DNA of 64,000 nucleotides, from contig CBFFRQ010000066.1 of assembly GCA_965644315.1 (NCBI GenBank), positions 62,001 through 126,000 of the forward strand, in the 5' to 3' direction. This document shows positions 22,326 to 33,372 of the stretch, piece by piece; position 1 is the stretch's first letter, and each line of letters starts with the position of its first letter. Both the position numbers and the translations under genes were made by a program. The notes under the pieces were generated by a model. That model saw only the letters and a list, made by a program, of their open reading frames with translations, had not been told where the DNA came from and did not search any database. The DNA comes from Caecitellus pseudoparvulus (taxonomy: Eukaryota; Protista; Bigyra: Bicosoecida).

Positions 22326-24191
22326 CTAGCGACCAGAAATGCTGCGCAGCACACCAGAAAACCGCAGCCGGAAAATACTCTGCTGAGAAGCCAAGAGACC
22401 CAGCCCAGTGGCATCATTGCGCAGCTGCACGACACCCCTTCGCCGCTCCTCGGCAGTCGCGTCACCTGCACCAGACGCAGCAGCAGCTGCAGGAGCAGGA
22501 GCTGGCTGCGGCAGGGCTTCCTCGTCCCCGCGCCCAGACCCGCTGTCCTCGTCAGCACCAGCATCGGCAGGGTTCGGCTGTAGCGACGCTGGCATGGGCA
22601 CGTGAGCGTCCTCTGCCCCCCCTGCCACGCACACTCGCTGCAAGTACTCCCACTCCTCCTCGTTCAGCTGCAGCTCGCGCAAGCGAGTCGTCATGCTCAC
22701 GACTTCGCGCAGGACACGCCCCGGCAGGCCCGTCATGGGGCGCCCACGCTCCTGCACCAGGCGCCCGTCAGCGAGGTACACGCCATCCATCACCTCTGTC
22801 TCTGCTGTGCGGTGGGCGGCCTGCAGCATGACCAGGGCGGGAATGCCAATGAAGATGGAGGGGTCGCCTTCCAGCACCGCATCCATGCGGATCCAGCCAT
22901 TGGCCAGGGCCAGCGCGCCAAAGCTCTCGCACGAAGTGAAGAAGCTGTTCCATATGCCGGGGATGCTCACCAGTGCGCCTGAAAGCTGCCCCATGCGCTC
23001 AGCGCCCCGCTCGAAGAGGGAGGAGGTGGCGGTGTCTTCCAGTGTCGGCGGGCGAGGGGGCGGGGTGCCCACCTCCGACCAGTCGGCCACCTCCACCTCC
23101 TCCAGACGAGGTGCAGTGCCGGTGTTGGGGGGTGGGGGGGGTGGGCCGTCCGCCCCGTCCAGGATCCCAGGCTGCCGGAACAGGGACCCCCACACGAAGC
23201 CACCCTCCTCGTCATCCACCGTCGGCAGCCTGGGAGCCATGCAGCCGCTCAACTCATCGAACATCGAGCTGTCGCCGACAATGTTGGCAAAGGACGGCGT
23301 CATGGAGTCATGGACAAACGTGCCGTGCAAGGCGCCCAACAAGCAGTGCTTGAAGCCGCTCCAGCAACAGCTGCCGCGCTCCGGTGACACGGCACGGCGC
23401 TTGTACTCAGCCCGCAACGCGAGACCTGCCGTGCCGAACGTCAGGACAATGGCGAAGAGGGGCGCCAGGGCAATGACGAGGGCCGAGCAGAGCGGGCCGG
23501 CCACCACCAAGGCGAAGACGAAGGAGAGGGGGAAGCAGAAGCAGACGCAAGGGGCGAACTCGCTGGTCAACCCCTCCAAGTGCACGCGCACGATGATGCC
23601 CAGTGCAGAGATGAGGTTCAACACGGCCTTCACCACCGCTGTGACGATGCAGGCCACCAGGGCGACGGGCAGCACAAGGGTGCAGGCCAGGAGCCACTCC
23701 AACAGGTGTAGCGGGTTCAGGTCTGTGGGGGGCGTGTCTGGAACGTACGCGCGCTCAGCCTTGAGTTCGTCTGCGATTTCCCCGCACGCATCCATGCCAC
23801 CACGCAGCACCATGGTGTTGTACGCAAAGACGCCACATACGGCGTCTGATGAGCGATCCCCGATGCCGAGCACGACACACGCCATGGCGCCTGACGCAGC
23901 AACTGGCGCAAACACTGCACACAGAACTGCACTCAGCACCACGAGGACTGGGAAGAAGGCGATGGCCAGGAGGGTGGGAAGCAGCATGACTGCTCGGGTG
24001 GTGGGCCCAAACCGCCCAGTGCCACACCAGGCAAGCAGTGCCCGCGCAGCTAAGGCTGGCCACCACCACACCAGGAAGTACACTGTGCCGCAAACCCCCA
24101 CCTGAACGACGGAGAAGGGAAGCAAGACGCAGTAGAAGACAGCCGTTACGAGGGGCCACATGCAGCACATGAACACTTCGCTGTCCACCAT
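22326..24191 (-). CDS. Multi-pass membrane protein resembling the plant At3g27390 uncharacterised family
   Basis: Several hydrophobic helices followed by a C-terminal domain FFTSCESFG...IGIPA...L...RP...LNEEEWEYL...FRLRF; family recognised from memory. Confidence 0.6.
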   Translation of the reverse strand: MVDSEVFMCCMWPLVTAVFYCVLLPFSVVQVGVCGTVYFLVWWWPALAARALLAWCGTGRFGPTTRAVMLLPTLLAIAFFPVLVVLSAVLCAVFAPVAASGAMACVVLGIGDRSSDAVCGVFAYNTMVLRGGMDACGEIADELKAERAYVPDTPPTDLNPLHLLEWLLACTLVLPVALVACIVTAVVKAVLNLISALGIIVRVHLEGLTSEFAPCVCFCFPLSFVFALVVAGPLCSALVIALAPLFAIVLTFGTAGLALRAEYKRRAVSPERGSCCWSGFKHCLLGALHGTFVHDSMTPSFANIVGDSSMFDELSGCMAPRLPTVDDEEGGFVWGSLFRQPGILDGADGPPPPPPNTGTAPRLEEVEVADWSEVGTPPPRPPTLEDTATSSLFERGAERMGQLSGALVSIPGIWNSFFTSCESFGALALANGWIRMDAVLEGDPSIFIGIPALVMLQAAHRTAETEVMDGVYLADGRLVQERGRPMTGLPGRVLREVVSMTTRLRELQLNEEEWEYLQRVCVAGGAEDAHVPMPASLQPNPADAGADEDSGSGRGDEEALPQPAPAPAAAAASGAGDATAEERRRGVVQLRNDATGLGLLASQQSIFRLRFSGVLRSISGR

Positions 24192-24623
24192 GGTGGCAGG
24201 GGCGGGCGCAGGCGGACGCGCGGAGCCTGCGACTCCGCGTGTCTCCGCGCCTGCCGCCGACGCACTATCGCGACCCTCCTCGGCTGGGCAGAGCGCCTGC
24301 CGTCACCTCTCCCCCGGCTGGAACTGTACAAGTGGGTGGCTACGACTTCTGAGTGGGGTGCAAGTGCTAGTCCACGTGATTTGTTGCGGCGAGAGCTCCG
24401 CGAACTGCAATGCAAGGCGTGGCAGGGCCGGCACCTGAGCGCCACCCCCCCCACAAACGCCTCTCAAAACGAAGACAGTATGACCATACCCAGCACTGCG
24501 CCATGATGAGGGCGACCTCTTCGTGCAGTGCCCATCACCCGCCTCGCCTGCATTGGTTCCCTGCAGCGTTGGCGTGGTTGGGCTGCACCGCCCAAGTTCC
24601 GCAAGGAGCCAGCAACTCTCAGC

Positions 24624-26764
24624 ATGGCGGCACGCGTCAGCGCACCACCCACAGAAGCCTCCCCTAGTGCAGAAGCAGTCGAGTAAGAGCTAGCAAGCGG
24701 CTGGGCAAATCTTTTTCGCCCGCAGGCCCTGCCCTCTCTCCTTCCGCAGCAGCAGTCATGGAGCCGGCGAGGTGCAGAGGTTCCTCGAGAGCCTGCACGC
24801 TGCGATGAGCCCGGACAACCGGATGCGACTGGCTGTGCGTGTCGGGGCCTATGTGCCTGGACATTCCTTGCCCTCACCCTCCTGTGTTGTCCCTTCCCTG
24901 CAGGCGGAGCGCCAGCTTCGCGAGCTCCAGGGTCAGCCGAATTCCTTCTTACGTTTGTTTTGCGACACCTTGGACAGTTTGGACAGCTCCATTGGCAGCA
25001 GCGACCCAAACACCTTCTCAATCATGTTTGTGATTGTTCGCCGCGTCATCAGGGAGAGCTGGAGCGAGGCCTCAGTGGAGTCTCACACTCGAGGTGCGTG
25101 CTGAGATGCTCATCCTTCCCTTGCGGCCCGAACACCGCGACTCGCTGCTCTCACGTTTCTCAGTGAAGCACGCCATTCTCGGGGCCCTTTCCCACCCTAG
25201 CCTTGGAACAAGCGTCAAGCGCCACATCATCCTCCCCATCGCTGTCATCGCGAGCTTGGAGCGAGAGTGGCCCGAGCTGGAGCGGGCTGTCACTGACCTG
25301 TTCGCTGACAGTGTGCAGCAGGGCATGCGGCTGTGGACCATGCTGCTTCTGGAGCCACACGAGCAAGAACACGCTGTAGAGGACTGCATTGCGACGACTG
25401 TGGCTAAAGGCAGCCTTGCGGACACTGCCCTGCAGCTCACGCAGCAAGGGAAGCACTTGGCAGTGCCGGGAACTGCACACTCCGTCGCGGAGCTCTGGCT
25501 CGAAGCTGCGACGAGTCAGGCTGACGACCCCCGCATTGCCTTGGGCTGCATCACTTCCCTTCGCCAGGTGGTGCAGGCCCGCTTCCCGGCTGACGGGTTC
25601 GACTCCCCCTTCAACCAGCTCCTGCCGCGAGCCTCCGCCCTGGGGTTGCCGTGCTTGGCGAGGTCTCAGCAGGCAGCGACCAGCGCAGCTGTTCGAGAGG
25701 CTGCACAGGACTTTCTGCACTTCGCTTGTGAGAGGGGTACGCGTGGGCTTGTTGCATGGTGCAGAGCTCATCCAGATTCCACCGCCGTCGCCTTTATGGA
25801 CGAAGAGTGGCATGCTGGGGACATGATCCGAGACGGCGACTTCGACCAGGATCCCCCCGCCTTGCCCACCCTTGCCAAAGTGCTGCTGGCAGTCGCTGCC
25901 TTGCTGCAGGCCGCTCCAGAGGGCCTACCTGCTGCTCTCCATGAAGCCGCTGCGCCAGCGCGCGTCCTGTGTTGCGTCTCGTGGGCCATGCAGGAGGCCT
26001 CGCTGCCCTGGGCGTGCCTGCACCAAGCATCCCCAGCGCTGCCCCTGCCCAGCAGGGACACATGGGGCGCACCGGAGGACTACGAGCCCGGCGCAGATGT
26101 TGACATGGACATGGTCCTCGGCCGTGTCGTCGAGGCAGATGCCTTGGAAGACCTGTTGGAAGGCGCAGGGCCGGCGGTGCCGTTGCCCGGCACGCCAGAA
26201 AACCTGCTCGTGCTGAGCGCAGCGTGTTCTGCCCTTTTGGAGGGCCTGACAAACTTGGCCCCAGAGGACGCCCAGCCGGCCTTGGCAGCAGCCATCCTGG
26301 ATGAGGCGCCTGCACCGCCAAGCGCAGGTAGTGCGCCTGTTTCGGCCGGACTGGCTGCTGCAAAGGCTGTGCGCGCACGTGTGGGCCCATTGGGTGAGCG
26401 AGCTCAGGCGCATGATGCGGCCAACATTGTGCTGGCGCTGTGCATGATACTGTCTGCACAGGCAGAGGTGTTGCTGGGCCAGGGAACCGAGGAGCTGCAC
26501 CCGCACGTCGCTGTGCGCATGCGGGTCATTGCCGGCCTGCTTTCGCCGTTCGCACTGGGGCCGACGCTGAGCGACAAAACGCTGTGCACACAACCTGAGT
26601 TGGAGTGCATGTGGCAGGGGATGTATGCTGCTGCCCTGCACGCAAGTGAGGAAGTCCCCAGTACGCAGGAAGACCTGGAAGACCTGCGAGAAGCTTGGGC
26701 GGAGACGAAGTGGGCCGCTCGCGGCAGCGTCGTCCTGCTCCGAGCAGCCAAACGAAGAGGATAG
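24624..26764 (+). CDS. HEAT/importin-beta-like helical protein, spliced
   Basis: Spliced N-terminus FLESLHAAMSPDNRMRLA-AERQL resembles an importin-beta N-terminus; IAVIASLEREWPEL. Confidence 0.5.
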
Positions 26765-26977
26765 TGGTGCCGACGCAAAGGCAAGCATGCAGTTTGTCGC
26801 GCAGCGACGGCGGAGGCGTAGCTTGGTGCTCCATCATCGCATGCAGGCAAGACAGCTCAGGCTGAGGGGCCACCTGTCACACTTCGCGGGCGAGTGCAAT
26901 TCACCACTGACACTCTCAGGGCTCTGGCAGTAGTGTAAAGTGTTTGTCAGAGCAAGCTCGAGCGCCCGTCTCGCACC

Positions 26978-28202
26978 ATGGCCGCGGCCGCAGGCGAGGG
27001 AGGCCAGGCAGCAGTGGAGGGCGCTGACCCTGCCGCCGCCGCGCCACTGGATGCCATGGCCGCTCCTGACCGCTTGCGACGTGCAGAAGCTATCCTGCGC
27101 CTGCGCACTGACAGGGTGGCTGTGGTTCTCGAGTGCCCTTCCAGCGTAAGCCCCCAGGCGCTGCGTGTGTGGAGATCACGGTGTGCCAGAACCAGGTCCA
27201 CGTCGCACCTGCACAGGACATGAACCAGCAAGCTGTGCTGCGCACGGCCGAGGCCCTGGGCATCCAGAACGTGTATGTGGTCCGGACGCCCATCGAGCAG
27301 AAGAAGAAGCTCATGAACGACTCGGCCAAGAAGCAGATCGAATAGTGAGCGTGCCAGGTGCAGCGTTCTGCGGAAATTGGCACACAACCTCCCACCACGC
27401 TGAATGCCTGCGCAGTAGCAAGCAGGCACCCATGGGGGCTGACCGCTGGCTCACTATCAAGGAGTATGACGACATTCCGTCATGCATCGCCGCATTGCGA
27501 GGCGACGGGCGAGCCATCTGGGCCACGGACTTGTCCCCAGAGGCTGTCCCACTCGCCTCTGCCGCTGAGCTGGCCGTGTCGGCTGCTCGAACGGCAACGC
27601 CTGCGCAGCCCCTGCCGACGCCAGACACAGTGGGCAGCGGTGAGACGTTGGGCATTCAGTTGGGAAATGGGCTGGTCGTGCCGCCCAAGCTGGCAGTGGT
27701 TGTGGGTCGGGAAATCGACGGCGTGTCCCCAGCCATGCTGGCCGCAGCAGATGCACGTGTGCACCTGCCCATCTACGGGTACTCCGAGTCCTACAACCTC
27801 TCTGTTGCCACGGCATTGGTGCTGCAGCGAGTCATGGACGCTGTGCCGGAGTGCCGCGGCGACTTCACCCCTGCCCGGCGCGATGAGCTCCGCCAGCGCT
27901 GGTTCGGGCTGCTGGGCAGCACGGACGCTGCCAAGGCGGCAGCTTCCAAGTGGGCAGCGTCTGCGGCTGCCGGCGTGGCCCCGGCCCCCCTCACGGACCT
28001 GAGGCGCCACACCAAGAATGCCCGCATCGTGAAGCGCATCCGGCGGCGGGAGGAGGCGTCCGAGGACACGGTGGGGCGCTCCAACATCGAGGCAGCCGTG
28101 GCTGCGGCAGGCGTGCCACCCGTTGATGGTGCTGTCACACAGGGAGATGCCAAGCGGGCCCGGGGGGGGGAGGGGGCTGCCGATGTCTCGGGAGCACGCT
28201 AG
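26978..28202 (+). CDS. SpoU/TrmH-family RNA 2'-O-methyltransferase, spliced
   Basis: VVLE..NQQAVLRTAEALG, VVVGREIDGVS, LPIYGYSESYNLSVA SPOUT motifs. Confidence 0.88.
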
Positions 28203-28220
28203 AATGGATTGCATTCCGCG

Positions 28221-29631
28221 TCAAGTGAGAAGGACGGCTGGCTTGCTCTTCACCACCCACCCAGACACTAAGGGGTCTACTTGGTTCACGACCAGCGTGC
28301 CGCCTAGCTTGACTGTACCTGGACTGGCGTCGTTGATGGCCTGGAGTAGGTCCTCTGACGCCCGCAGTGTGCCCCCTGTCGCAATGATGTCGTCCACCAC
28401 CAGGACCACGTCCCCGTCCACAAACTTGCTCACCTGCACTGACAGCGAATCCTTGCCGTACTCCTTGCCGTACGTGGCTGTGAGGAGGGCCCCTGGCAGC
28501 TTGTTCGGCTTGCGAGCCTGGACGATGCCTGCCACATGCCCCCGGGCGCGCAGTGCCTGCTGCAGAGCGCCAGCCAGGTGGAAGCCCCGGGACTCCAGCA
28601 TGAGCAGCTTGTTGACACCGGGAAACTTGGCTGTCACCTCTTCGGCCATGAGGTCCACCAGGTCGTTCAGCAGCTCGGGGTCCGCGAAGATGTCCCCGAT
28701 GTCCTGGAACAGCACCGGCGGCTTGGGGAAGTCCTTGTACAGGCCCATGCTGCTGTACAGCCGGCGCTTGCGCTCAGCAGATGCGAGTGCCTGGGCAATT
28801 TGCTCTCTCCTGTCCACCCCTGCCACAGACGCCATCCAGTTGTCGGCTGGGATGGAGGGATCAGCCTCGTGGATGAGCTGCCCCAGCGTCACGTCAGGAG
28901 TCACCTGGGAGAGCAGAGTGCCCACCTGCACTCCAGAGGAGCCCAGCTTTGCGAGAGGGTTTATTGCAATGGTGTCATACCCAGTGAACACTCGCCCGTC
29001 GGGCCCGGCAACCTTCGCCACCGCCACATCCCTCACGTGCGCCGTGCCCAGGCCGTAGATGCCACTCTCCACTGCAATCACTCGGTCTTCCCCCTGCGAC
29101 ATGCCTCCCAGCGCAGCACTGGACACACGCAATACCTCCAAGGCGTAGTCAAGCCGCTGCTGTGCGAGGGACTCGGTTTGCTCGTCCAGGGGCTGCTCCG
29201 GCGCAGCCAGGGCAGTTGTTGTGGGCACGTGATGCACAGCGTCAGGCTTGACCCCGAAAGCGCTGGCTACGCCCTCCGTCTTGACGGCGCTGGATGAGGC
29301 AAGCACTGTGGATTCAACAGCCTGGCCACTGCTTTGCGCGACAGCGGACGCGTCGGCTGCGGGGCCAGCATTGGCGTTTGGCGTGGTGAAGCTGCGGCAG
29401 CTTTCCGCTCGTCAACGGCAGGGACGCACCATCTGCACTAGCTGAGCTTTGCGCGGCAAAGGAAGCGGCGGCGATCGCCCCTGCCAGAGCTGCCAAGGCA
29501 GCTGGTGACTGCTCGCCGGAGGAGCTTGCCGCTTGCGCGGCAGGGAGCTGGCGAACGACGATGCCAGCAACTGGCGCAACACGCCGAGCGGCGACGCGAG
29601 CCGCCGCCTGCACAACTCGTGCGGGCATCAT
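28221..29631 (-). CDS. Fusion: mitochondrial-like leader + YjjX-like non-canonical purine NTP phosphatase domain + adenine phosphoribosyltransferase (intron 29429-29357)
   Basis: ASSSAVK...PEQP...AQQR...AVESGI (YjjX-like); DFPKPPVLFQDI, LESRGF, ARKPNKLPG, EYG, VVDDIIATGGT (APRT). Confidence 0.8.
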
Positions 29632-29752
29632 GGCTGGGGAGGGGAACTAGAAGAGGGGCTTTCGGGTGGGGTTGGGCGCGAAGGTGTTGCTTTCAGTGCG
29701 GTGGGATAGTCAATTGCCTGGGGTGACGATTTGTTGCAGCGAGTGTGGCCAC

Positions 29753-32700
29753 CTAGTGGGGCGCGGCCGCCGCAGGGGGCTGCACGGCACAGAAGGCCTC
29801 CCACATGGCCGCTGCGGCAGCTGCATCGTCCCAGGCTGCGTCCAGGCCCAACTCTTGCGGGGTCATGACCAGCCGCGAAGCCACCATCCAGCGCAGCCAG
29901 CTGGCCCAGGCTGAGTCTTCCACGAGGGTGCGCGGATCCCCCACAACCACCAGCCCGTCCCTCGCGCGCGTCAGGGCGACATTGAGCCTCCGACTATCAG
30001 CCAGGAACCCAACTGCCCCCCGATCATTGGAGCGCACCGTGGAAAGCACGATCACCCGCTTCTCCCTGCCCTGGAAGCCATCCACTGTGCGCACCTCGAC
30101 GCAGCCCCGCGTCATGCGCTGCACCGCGTCCCCGCCCTCGCTGCCCTCCTCCACCGGCACGCCTCGCCTGCGCAGAGCCTGGGAGATCGCCTTCGTCTGC
30201 GCTTGGTAGGGCGCAATGACGCCGATGTCGTCAGGCGAGACCGCCGCTTTGCCCGCACGAAGCAGCGCGGCCACAATTCCTCGCACAGCTCCAGCCTCGC
30301 GGGCGTTGCTGATTGACGTGCCCTGTGAAGCCTGGCTCTCACCAAGGCCACCCGTGACGGGAACAAATGCCAAGCCAGCTTGCCCTCTCAGCGGCCAGGG
30401 CAGTCCAGGTGGGGGAGACGGGTTCTGCTGAGCGTTGGTCAGCCTGCCGCGATAAAACGCGGCAGACGGCCAAGCAGCAGCGAGTGGGGACATGCGGTAC
30501 TGTTGCTGCAGGAAGGCAGAGGCCGGGAGTGGCGTGGCCATGCCAGTATGGCTGGACGTGAGGTGTGCGGGCAACGCGACGCGGTGCCCGCGCACATCGG
30601 CCCCAGACCACCGCAGCCACGACGCTGAGACAGAGTCTTCGTCCGTGAGTTGCAGCTCTGGGTCTTCACCGTGCTCGCCCTCTTCTTTCTCGCTGCCCAT
30701 CTCCCATCTGAGCTGCTGCGTCACCCCCTCCGCCTGCAGGTGGGCCACCGTCGCTGCCCGGTGCTTGGAGGCACCTTCTGCAGCCAGCAGGGCACGCTCA
30801 AGAAGGGTGCTCGTCAAAGCACCCGCATCCTTTCCGTGTACGGTGGGTGGCAGCTGTTTGGGATCCCCCATGAGCACGACTTGGCTGGTCCAGCGCTCGG
30901 CTGCCCGCGCCAGTGGCACCAACGCGTCCAGCTCGTGCAGCTGGGCTGCCTCGTCGCACAGCACCAGCCCAAAGTCTACGCCGTCCAGCTGGGCTGCGCC
31001 GGCGCCATTGGCTGTTGCCAGTACGACTTGGGCGTCTTGCAGCACTTGCTGTGCCAAACGCGACTCGGCTTCCTTCGCAGCGCGGGACCAAGCCTGGACT
31101 CGGCTTCGCAGTTCCCCCAGTGGGAGTGCCCGCATGCCACGCAGCAGCGCAGGTGGGTGCTGACCGGGCCTGTCGCCCCCAGCCAGCTGTAAGGCTTCTT
31201 GAGCTACGTCCACAGCACTTACATCAGCACCCACCTGCACCGCCGCCTTGCGCGCCCGCTTCGTCCGCTTGCCAACTCGTTCGGCAAGCACGGCGCTCGC
31301 AGCGGCGGCTTGTTGCTGCAGGCGCTTCACATGTTCGTACCCTGCGTGTTGCTTCATGGCTTCAGGGATGGAGAGGGCGCGAGCTTTGGCCCCCATGCGG
31401 GCCGGCTCTCCCACCCGCAGGATGCGGGGCACTCGGCCAGCCAACGCCTGGAGAAGGTGGTCCACAGCCACATTGGAGGGTGCCACCGCCAAGATGGGCA
31501 GTGACCGACTCCCTCCAGCCCCTTGCACGTGCTGGATCCAAGTTGTCAGCAGGCAGGCCGCCGTGCTCGTCTTGCCTGTGCCTGGGGGGCCGTGCACGAT
31601 GGACAAAGGATTCACAAGCGCCACTGCCACTGCAGCCAGCTGCGAAGGGTTCAGGTTGTCTGGCAAGCGCCGCAGAATGGCCGGCAGTTCCAGGGCCACC
31701 TTCCACCGCCGCTCCAGTGCTGGCTCCAGGCTCGTGGCGCCTGCCGCCGCCGCAGCAACGCGGTAGCGTGTCGCCATGAACTGCGCACTGGCCACCATGC
31801 CCTGCAAAATGGTGTCCACTGCGCCCTGCACGGCAGATCGGTATGCTGCAGGCGAAGGGTACTGTCTGGCAGCCTCCTCTCGCCACAGAGCCCGACTCAA
31901 CATGCACCCGCTGGGTGCGGTGGGCGCGTGTGGGGCTTGGGTCGCCTTGGCCTGCAGCAGCTCAGTCGCCAAAGGCGGCAAGGCTGGGCTCTCCCGTGGT
32001 GTTTCAGACGAACATGGTACACTGGCACCACTCCGGAAGTGCTGGCGCAAGGCTGGCAGCGCGGGGTGCCCCTGCTGCAATTGCTGCAACAGTTCGTGCG
32101 CTGAGGCAAGCAGCTGAGCGCTGGGCAGCAGGGGAGGGGGGGCGCCACCAGGCAGAACCGGCTTTCCACACTCGTGCTCTTCAGCTTCCAGGTTCTTGTC
32201 TGGGACGCTGTGCTCCACCGTCGTGTGGAGGAGGAGGGGTAGCAGCCAGCTCGGTCCTCGCCCAAAGCTGGCCGTGGCCTGGCCGCCATGGGCAGGCGCC
32301 CTGCACACCGCAGCAAGGGCGTCCCGCATGCGGAAGTACGTCACGTCGCTCCAGCCAACATCCGCGCGCCAGGCCTGGGAGCTGCCGTGGGTGAGGCCTG
32401 TCGCCGCCTGCGCATCCCGCAGCACCACTCGCAGCACTCTCTGAGACGCGGACAGCACTACACCCCGGGCCGCCACACCTCGCAGGGGGCTGCCTGCTGA
32501 AATCAACACAACGTCTCCCGCCGCAAAGCGGTGGTGTGGCATGCGCTTGCCCCCCGCCATGGACAAGTGCACCACAGCCTGGCCGCCTGCAAACCTGCCT
32601 CCCGGCGAAGCACGCAAATTCGCCACGGACAGACCCTCTCGGGACAGCCTGGCTGGGGACCAGGTGGTCAGTCTCTCGTGTAGTGTGTTCACCTCTCCTG

Positions 32701-32848
32701 CCACCTCACTGCGCAAGAGGGCTTGGTGCAGACCGTGGTAGCTGGCCACTTGCTCTGCCACGGAAGCCACGCTGCCCACGGATCTGGCCGAAAGACCTCC
32801 AATGCGTCCTTGTCGTGCAAGTACCACACGCCTGAGCGCAGCCTGCAT
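29753..32848 (-). CDS. SF1 UPF1/IGHMBP2-like helicase with a mitochondrial-like leader
   Basis: HGPPGTGKT, APSNVAVD, DEAAQ, GDPKQLPP, QYRM, TVDGFQGREK, RRLNVALTRAR. Confidence 0.88.
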   Translation of the reverse strand: MQAALRRVVLARQGRIGGLSARSVGSVASVAEQVASYHGLHQALLRSEVAGEVNTLHERLTTWSPARLSREGLSVANLRASPGGRFAGGQAVVHLSMAGGKRMPHHRFAAGDVVLISAGSPLRGVAARGVVLSASQRVLRVVLRDAQAATGLTHGSSQAWRADVGWSDVTYFRMRDALAAVCRAPAHGGQATASFGRGPSWLLPLLLHTTVEHSVPDKNLEAEEHECGKPVLPGGAPPPLLPSAQLLASAHELLQQLQQGHPALPALRQHFRSGASVPCSSETPRESPALPPLATELLQAKATQAPHAPTAPSGCMLSRALWREEAARQYPSPAAYRSAVQGAVDTILQGMVASAQFMATRYRVAAAAAGATSLEPALERRWKVALELPAILRRLPDNLNPSQLAAVAVALVNPLSIVHGPPGTGKTSTAACLLTTWIQHVQGAGGSRSLPILAVAPSNVAVDHLLQALAGRVPRILRVGEPARMGAKARALSIPEAMKQHAGYEHVKRLQQQAAAASAVLAERVGKRTKRARKAAVQVGADVSAVDVAQEALQLAGGDRPGQHPPALLRGMRALPLGELRSRVQAWSRAAKEAESRLAQQVLQDAQVVLATANGAGAAQLDGVDFGLVLCDEAAQLHELDALVPLARAAERWTSQVVLMGDPKQLPPTVHGKDAGALTSTLLERALLAAEGASKHRAATVAHLQAEGVTQQLRWEMGSEKEEGEHGEDPELQLTDEDSVSASWLRWSGADVRGHRVALPAHLTSSHTGMATPLPASAFLQQQYRMSPLAAAWPSAAFYRGRLTNAQQNPSPPPGLPWPLRGQAGLAFVPVTGGLGESQASQGTSISNAREAGAVRGIVAALLRAGKAAVSPDDIGVIAPYQAQTKAISQALRRRGVPVEEGSEGGDAVQRMTRGCVEVRTVDGFQGREKRVIVLSTVRSNDRGAVGFLADSRRLNVALTRARDGLVVVGDPRTLVEDSAWASWLRWMVASRLVMTPQELGLDAAWDDAAAAAAMWEAFCAVQPPAAAAPH

Positions 32849-33372
32849 GTCACCCCTCACACCTTCACCTGAGTTCCGCCGTCAATGCAGTTGCCGGCGC
32901 GCAGCCTGCCTCTTGAATTGGGAACGTGACCTGTGGGGCGTGAACTGATTTCCGCACTCACGCCACAGCTTTCAAGCCCATAGACAGCATCGAATAGAGC
33001 ATTCCAGCTTGGGCAGCCCCAAAAGGGTGAACGTGGGAGGGGTACGATTTTGTGGGTGTCGTACAAAGTGACAATGACGATTCCCTGCCGAAGCAAAAGA
33101 ATCTATCAGCTTACACGGTTGAGCTACAAAGATCCAAGCGTTGCGCAGCACTACACAGAAGTGCACCACCGTACAAGAAGCATTCGGTGGCAATTCCTAT
33201 CGACCACCGTGTGCCAGTGCTTGTTCCGACCCCCTGCAAGGCGTTCTAGTCTCTAGTGGAGGCTACTGCACAGTGACAAGGTCAAGCTGACCATTCTTCT
33301 GGTGCACGTGCATTGCACGAGGGCACCCGGTGAGCGTTTGCACCTTTGGGTTGCAGGTCTCCACAGCCTCAC

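Noticed and set aside
27343-27345. Apparent premature TAG in the SpoU gene
   Set aside because: It spans an exon-intron boundary (TA/GTGAGC); splicing gives TAT and restores the frame
32860-33370. AT-richer intergenic stretch with a box C-like ATGACGA
   Set aside because: No suitably placed box D or terminal stem; most simply a divergent promoter region
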